Positions 25,608-29,666 of a stretch of 29,666 nucleotides of DNA are shown piece by piece. The DNA is from a virus (lineage: Duplodnaviria > Caudoviricetes). The stretch is from positions 1 through 29,666 of the IMG/VR virus record IMGVR_UViG_3300021139_000089; one strand, 5' to 3'. The notes below the pieces were generated by a model. The model did no database searches. It saw only the letters and a program-made list of their open reading frames with translations, and was not told where the DNA came from. Within the stretch, counting starts at the first letter, position 1; the number at the start of each line of letters is the position of its first letter. Made by a program: the position numbers and the translations under genes.

Positions 25608-28277
25608 ATGGCAGAATATATTGACATTCCTATTGTTGCTGACACAGATGTTCTTATTCAGCAAGCGCTAACATCAATTGTTAATAACGTTCCTGGATGG
25701 GTCCCACGTGAGGGTAACTTGGAAGTTCTTTTGGTTGAGCAATTTGCTCAGATGGCGGCAGAAGCCGCCACGGTTGCCTCTGCCGTTCCGTCTTCAATTT
25801 TTGAATACTTTGGTTCTTTGATTGGTATCACACCAAGTGAAGGAACATATGCAGAAATTCAAACAACTTGGACACTTGTTGCAAATGCCCCAACTGGCGG
25901 TTATGTAATACCAGCCGGAACAGTTGCAGGATTTTTCTACGAAGGTAACTCCTACCTGTTTCAAACAATTACAAACAATACAATTGTTGCTGGTCAGACA
26001 ACTGGTTCATTTATTATGCAGGCAGTTGGTGTTGGTTCTACTTACAACATTCAAGGTCTAACAGGAATAAATCCTCTCACCACCTATTTGCAGATGCAAA
26101 ACTCTGACCCCAATGTTTCTAGTATTTTAATTACTGCTACCGCGGCAACGAATACCGCTCTTACATCAGGAACCGACCCAGAATCAACAACTAATTTTCT
26201 TAACCGTTTAACGTCTGAATTACAACTTCTTGCACCAAGACCAATTACACCAAGTGACTACGCTTTGTTCTCTCAAAATCTTGCTGGTGTCTACCGCGCA
26301 CTTGCTTTTGATGGATTTAACCCATTGACAAATCGTTTGACAACTGCTGATGCAAATTTCTTAACAGCAGCAACTTCTAGTTCTGCTCCAGCAAACTGGG
26401 GTACTTTTGGAAACGGAACTGTAGCGCTACCTACTCTTAGTACACCAGGAACATCTCCTGCAAACTATCTTCAATTTACGTCTTCTTCAAGCGCACCACT
26501 TAGCGGTGCTCTTTTGCATGATGCAACATTGGTGGAAGATACATCAGTTAAGGTTATTGTTGGAACTGGTTCAATTAGTACATCTGTAAGTTCTGGAAAC
26601 CCTGCATTAATTCTTATTAATGATGCAACAAATGGAAATGAAATTGTTGTTGTTACTGCCGCTGCTTCAAAATCAGGTTCCGGTGGAACCGCAACACAAA
26701 TTCTAACGGTTCTTTCTCCAGGATTTAAATATGCTCACGACACTTCGGCATCAGTAACATTGTTACAAGGTGCTGTTGTTCCAAATGCGGTTAACCTTTC
26801 TGCTAACACAAACTGGTATCAGGCAGCAGCAATTATTCAAGCGGCAAGCGCAACAACAGCAACGGCAAAACCCTACATTGTTTCTGTTGCAACATACGTT
26901 GACGGAACAACAGAAGTCTTTTCCTCAAGAGAACAATTTGCAAGCGGTCTTTACTCATACACAACTTTTGCAAAAACCGTTTATTGCAATATTTTCTCCA
27001 CAAATACAAGTTCACCAAATGCCCTTGCTTTTGATGCAAACATTGACAACGCTTATAATCAATTAAAACCTTATGTAGTTTCTATTCAATCTTACATTGC
27101 ATTTAACACAACAGAGACATCTAAAACTCATAATATTTTTTACAATTCTCTTAATCAAGTTCAAGCAGACCTTTCTTATGCAGAAAATCCAACAACATCT
27201 GTAAGTAATTACAACTTTATTCCAGACGCTAAGTTCATTAACTATCTTTACACAAATGGTGGAAATGCTTCCTGGACAACTGCTGCTGGATTAATGACTC
27301 TTCCTAATTACGGTGTTCAATACATTGGAACGGGTTCTGCAGCAGGAAGTACAATTCAATCTGATTCACAAATATTTAATTTATCAAATATTTCTTCAGA
27401 TTTGCCATCAGCAACAACACGCACTTACACGCTTGCAGCAAAAATTGACGCAAGTTACACAGGGGCAACATTTGCTGACGTTAACATTGTAATTGTAGAT
27501 GCATCAAACCCAAGTACGGTTCTTGCAACCCTTGCTCCTACCGGAGCGCTTCTGCAAACAATTATTGGTACATTTACGCTTTCTACACCAACAGACGTTC
27601 AGGTTCGCATACAATTTAAAACAGGTCTTAACGTACCATTAGGCTCAAGTGTAATTGTAAGTAACGTTGCCGTTTTATCAGGTTCATACACAATCTTGAC
27701 GCTTCCTGAATCTAATAATTTCTATTATTCTTGGACACCAGGTGGATTGTACGACCCAAACACATTTAACTATCCGCGCAACGTAACCGTTGTGCCTGTT
27801 GATTCAAATGGTTTGGCTGTAAGCCCTACAATTGCCTACGGTCTTATTGACTATCTTGACTCTCGTCGTGAAGTTAATTTCACCGTTCAGTCAATCAACC
27901 CAAGTTACGTTCCTATTGACGTTCAATATTCTGTTTACGTTTCACCAACGTATGCATCAAGCACCGTTCAATCATCAGTTGATGCCGCAATTCGTGCCTA
28001 CCTCAGCCCAGCAACATGGGGTGGTGGAATGAACTCACCTGCCTACTGGGATGGTTCATCAACGACAATTCGTGTAATGGACATTGCTGCTGTTATTGGG
28101 GCGGTTAACGGAGTATACAGTGTTATTTCCGTTAACATGAGAACCTCTTATCCTGTTGGTGGTTCATATGCAGGAACAGACATTGCGCTGAATGGCATTG
28201 CACCGCTTCCAATTGCAAATACAATTACTGGCTCAGTGTTTACTAATAGTCAAAATGCGTACAGTGGTCTAGGTTAA
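25608..28277 (+). CDS. Baseplate J-like wedge protein with a ~480-aa insertion
   Basis: YVIPAGTV, GTDPESTTNFLNRL, PRPITPSDY, GVYRALA; resumes with NVTVVPVD...YLDSRREVN...PSYVPIDV...IRAYLSPATWG. Confidence 0.88.
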   Translation: MAEYIDIPIVADTDVLIQQALTSIVNNVPGWVPREGNLEVLLVEQFAQMAAEAATVASAVPSSIFEYFGSLIGITPSEGTYAEIQTTWTLVANAPTGGYVIPAGTVAGFFYEGNSYLFQTITNNTIVAGQTTGSFIMQAVGVGSTYNIQGLTGINPLTTYLQMQNSDPNVSSILITATAATNTALTSGTDPESTTNFLNRLTSELQLLAPRPITPSDYALFSQNLAGVYRALAFDGFNPLTNRLTTADANFLTAATSSSAPANWGTFGNGTVALPTLSTPGTSPANYLQFTSSSSAPLSGALLHDATLVEDTSVKVIVGTGSISTSVSSGNPALILINDATNGNEIVVVTAAASKSGSGGTATQILTVLSPGFKYAHDTSASVTLLQGAVVPNAVNLSANTNWYQAAAIIQAASATTATAKPYIVSVATYVDGTTEVFSSREQFASGLYSYTTFAKTVYCNIFSTNTSSPNALAFDANIDNAYNQLKPYVVSIQSYIAFNTTETSKTHNIFYNSLNQVQADLSYAENPTTSVSNYNFIPDAKFINYLYTNGGNASWTTAAGLMTLPNYGVQYIGTGSAAGSTIQSDSQIFNLSNISSDLPSATTRTYTLAAKIDASYTGATFADVNIVIVDASNPSTVLATLAPTGALLQTIIGTFTLSTPTDVQVRIQFKTGLNVPLGSSVIVSNVAVLSGSYTILTLPESNNFYYSWTPGGLYDPNTFNYPRNVTVVPVDSNGLAVSPTIAYGLIDYLDSRREVNFTVQSINPSYVPIDVQYSVYVSPTYASSTVQSSVDAAIRAYLSPATWGGGMNSPAYWDGSSTTIRVMDIAAVIGAVNGVYSVISVNMRTSYPVGGSYAGTDIALNGIAPLPIANTITGSVFTNSQNAYSGLG

Positions 28278-29335
28278 TGCCGACAACGCTTCCCAACAGT
28301 TATAATACACAGTCAATTTACAACACTGTGCCTCAATTTATTCAAGACCAGGATGCTCTAAATGGCTACCCTCTTTGGTACTTTATTTACGGTTCAGCGA
28401 AAGCACTTGACCAAATTGATATTCTTACGCGTGACCAGGTTGGCGGTGGAATTCACATTGAAGCAGACTTTGGTAAATATTACGGTGCTGAAATAGTTGA
28501 TGCTCAATTAGCAATTGCAATTAGTCCAAGTGACACAACAATAACAATATTTGGTACTGACGCTTCATGGTCGGTTATTGATACTTCTGTTGCGTTTCCT
28601 ATTAGTATTGTTAATACCATTAATAACATAACGGAAGAAATTTTAATTCCAGCAGGAATTTATGATTGGACTGCTCCATTTATAAAGATTAGTGGAGTTA
28701 CTCGTGGTCAAGGTGGGACTACCGCACAATACACTCCTTCAAGCACTGGAGCAGACGGAAGCATCTACGTAGAGGATTATCCTGAAGCACCAGGATGGTC
28801 ACAAACAATTGACATCCAACGTTGTCCAGACTACGCACTTCCATGGCTTGCGCAATTTGTAGGAGCACAGTTACCAGTAGACTCAACGCTTGACCGTCAA
28901 CAAATGGTTCAACAAATTCAACAACGCGCGGGGTTTGACAGAGCCACAACCTCAGCAATTGTAGCAGAACTTGTTGCAATTACAAATAAACAAATTTCTG
29001 CAGAAATTGCACCGCTTACACCATCTCAAATTATTGTTATGGAAAATACGCAATTTCAAACTATATCAAACGTGAATTATTACACGTACAATCAATATGC
29101 TATTACGCTTTTGATTCCAAGTCGTGTTTTCTCTTCATATACGTATCAATCACTTCAAAATGCATCTGGTGGAAATGCTGCTACTTATACCAGCACCACT
29201 AGTTACATTACAAGTATTGGTGGACTTTATTTCAGTCTTGCTGGAAGCACAACACCAAACAGTTCATCACCTTATGTTAATTTCGTTTATCGCTATCGCC
29301 CTGCTGGGCTTCAAATTTTTGTAGGAGGCTACTAA
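28277..29335 (+). CDS. Baseplate gpI-like wedge protein with insertion
   Basis: TAATG-coupled to J; VPQFIQDQD, DIQRCPDYALPWLAQFVG and C-terminal RPAGL motifs. Confidence 0.8.
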   Translation: MPTTLPNSYNTQSIYNTVPQFIQDQDALNGYPLWYFIYGSAKALDQIDILTRDQVGGGIHIEADFGKYYGAEIVDAQLAIAISPSDTTITIFGTDASWSVIDTSVAFPISIVNTINNITEEILIPAGIYDWTAPFIKISGVTRGQGGTTAQYTPSSTGADGSIYVEDYPEAPGWSQTIDIQRCPDYALPWLAQFVGAQLPVDSTLDRQQMVQQIQQRAGFDRATTSAIVAELVAITNKQISAEIAPLTPSQIIVMENTQFQTISNVNYYTYNQYAITLLIPSRVFSSYTYQSLQNASGGNAATYTSTTSYITSIGGLYFSLAGSTTPNSSSPYVNFVYRYRPAGLQIFVGGY

Positions 29336-29336
29336 A

Positions 29337-29666
29337 GTGGCAACAGGTTCAACAAGTAGGGCACGCGTACCATATCCGCTATCAAGTGACTCCGCTGTTA
29401 TTGCTTTGGACATCCAAGGCGTAGCAACATTTATTGACAATAACGTCGCTACATGGGTTCAGTCTGCATCACAACCAGCGACCACTGTTAATGGTGCTGG
29501 AGAATTGTGGTGGTGCACTGATAACACCAACATGAATTATGGTTTTAATTATTGGGATGGTTCTAACTGGTACAACGTAACAACTCAAATGTTTATGGTT
29601 GGACCAACTGCTCCTTCTGTTCTTTTTGCCGGGCTTGTTTGGTACGACACTTCAACTACAAACGGT
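29337..29666 (+). CDS. Partial tail fibre/receptor-binding protein (runs off the window end)
   Basis: Not in the ORF track. SD AGGAGG, GTG at 29337, open for 110 codons: MATGSTSRARVPYPLSSD...GELWWCTD..YWDGSNW...GPTAP...GLVWYDT, repeats typical of fibre N-termini. Confidence 0.8.
   Translation, partial: MATGSTSRARVPYPLSSDSAVIALDIQGVATFIDNNVATWVQSASQPATTVNGAGELWWCTDNTNMNYGFNYWDGSNWYNVTTQMFMVGPTAPSVLFAGLVWYDTSTTNG

Noticed and set aside
1895-29324. Numerous alternative-frame and antisense ORFs in the track (e.g. 5090..5533, 10877..11320, 18019..18402, 20721..21179)
   Set aside because: They lie within or largely overlap well-supported genes, show no recognisable motifs, and have the composition expected of shadow frames.
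14212-29335. Stand-alone contractile injection system or tailocin
   Set aside because: Terminase, portal, protease and capsid genes are contiguous with the tail genes, so this is a complete phage morphogenesis region.
1-29666. CRISPR array, integrase/att site, transposase, reverse transcriptase/DGR, or stop-codon reassignment
   Set aside because: No regularly spaced repeats or such enzyme motifs were seen. Genes are intact in the standard code and TAA, TAG and TGA all end convincing genes.

Overview
The window is a contiguous piece of a tailed dsDNA bacteriophage (Caudoviricetes) with a contractile, myovirus-type tail. Several protein signatures recall phages of Actinobacteria, although the DNA looks fairly AT-rich by eye, so the host assignment is inference only. 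Positions 1-1112 form a leftward unit with a sigma70/SigA-type promoter, a membrane/coiled-coil ORF, tRNA-Asn(GTT), tRNA-Gln(TTG), a small ORF and a truncated PD-(D/E)xK-like nuclease. From 1270 onward all convincing genes are on the + strand: small accessory ORFs, an Hjc-like resolvase, a Zn-finger protein, terminase large subunit, portal, a very basic protein, a multidomain prohead protease/scaffold, major capsid protein, neck genes, sheath, tube, tail chaperone with a -1 frameshift extension, tape measure, baseplate genes and the start of a tail fibre. The most notable points are: (1) a GT2 glycosyltransferase-SAM methyltransferase fusion with its own promoter inside the baseplate cluster, next to wedge proteins carrying large Ser/Thr-rich inserted domains, a candidate virion glycosylation/glycan-methylation system; (2) an unannotated frameshift ORF followed by an attenuator-like set of alternative hairpins in front of the tape measure gene; (3) a protease gene with extra domains and three in-frame internal start sites; (4) a post-capsid hairpin exposing an anti-Shine-Dalgarno loop. 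All family names come from motif recognition by eye; no database searches were run.
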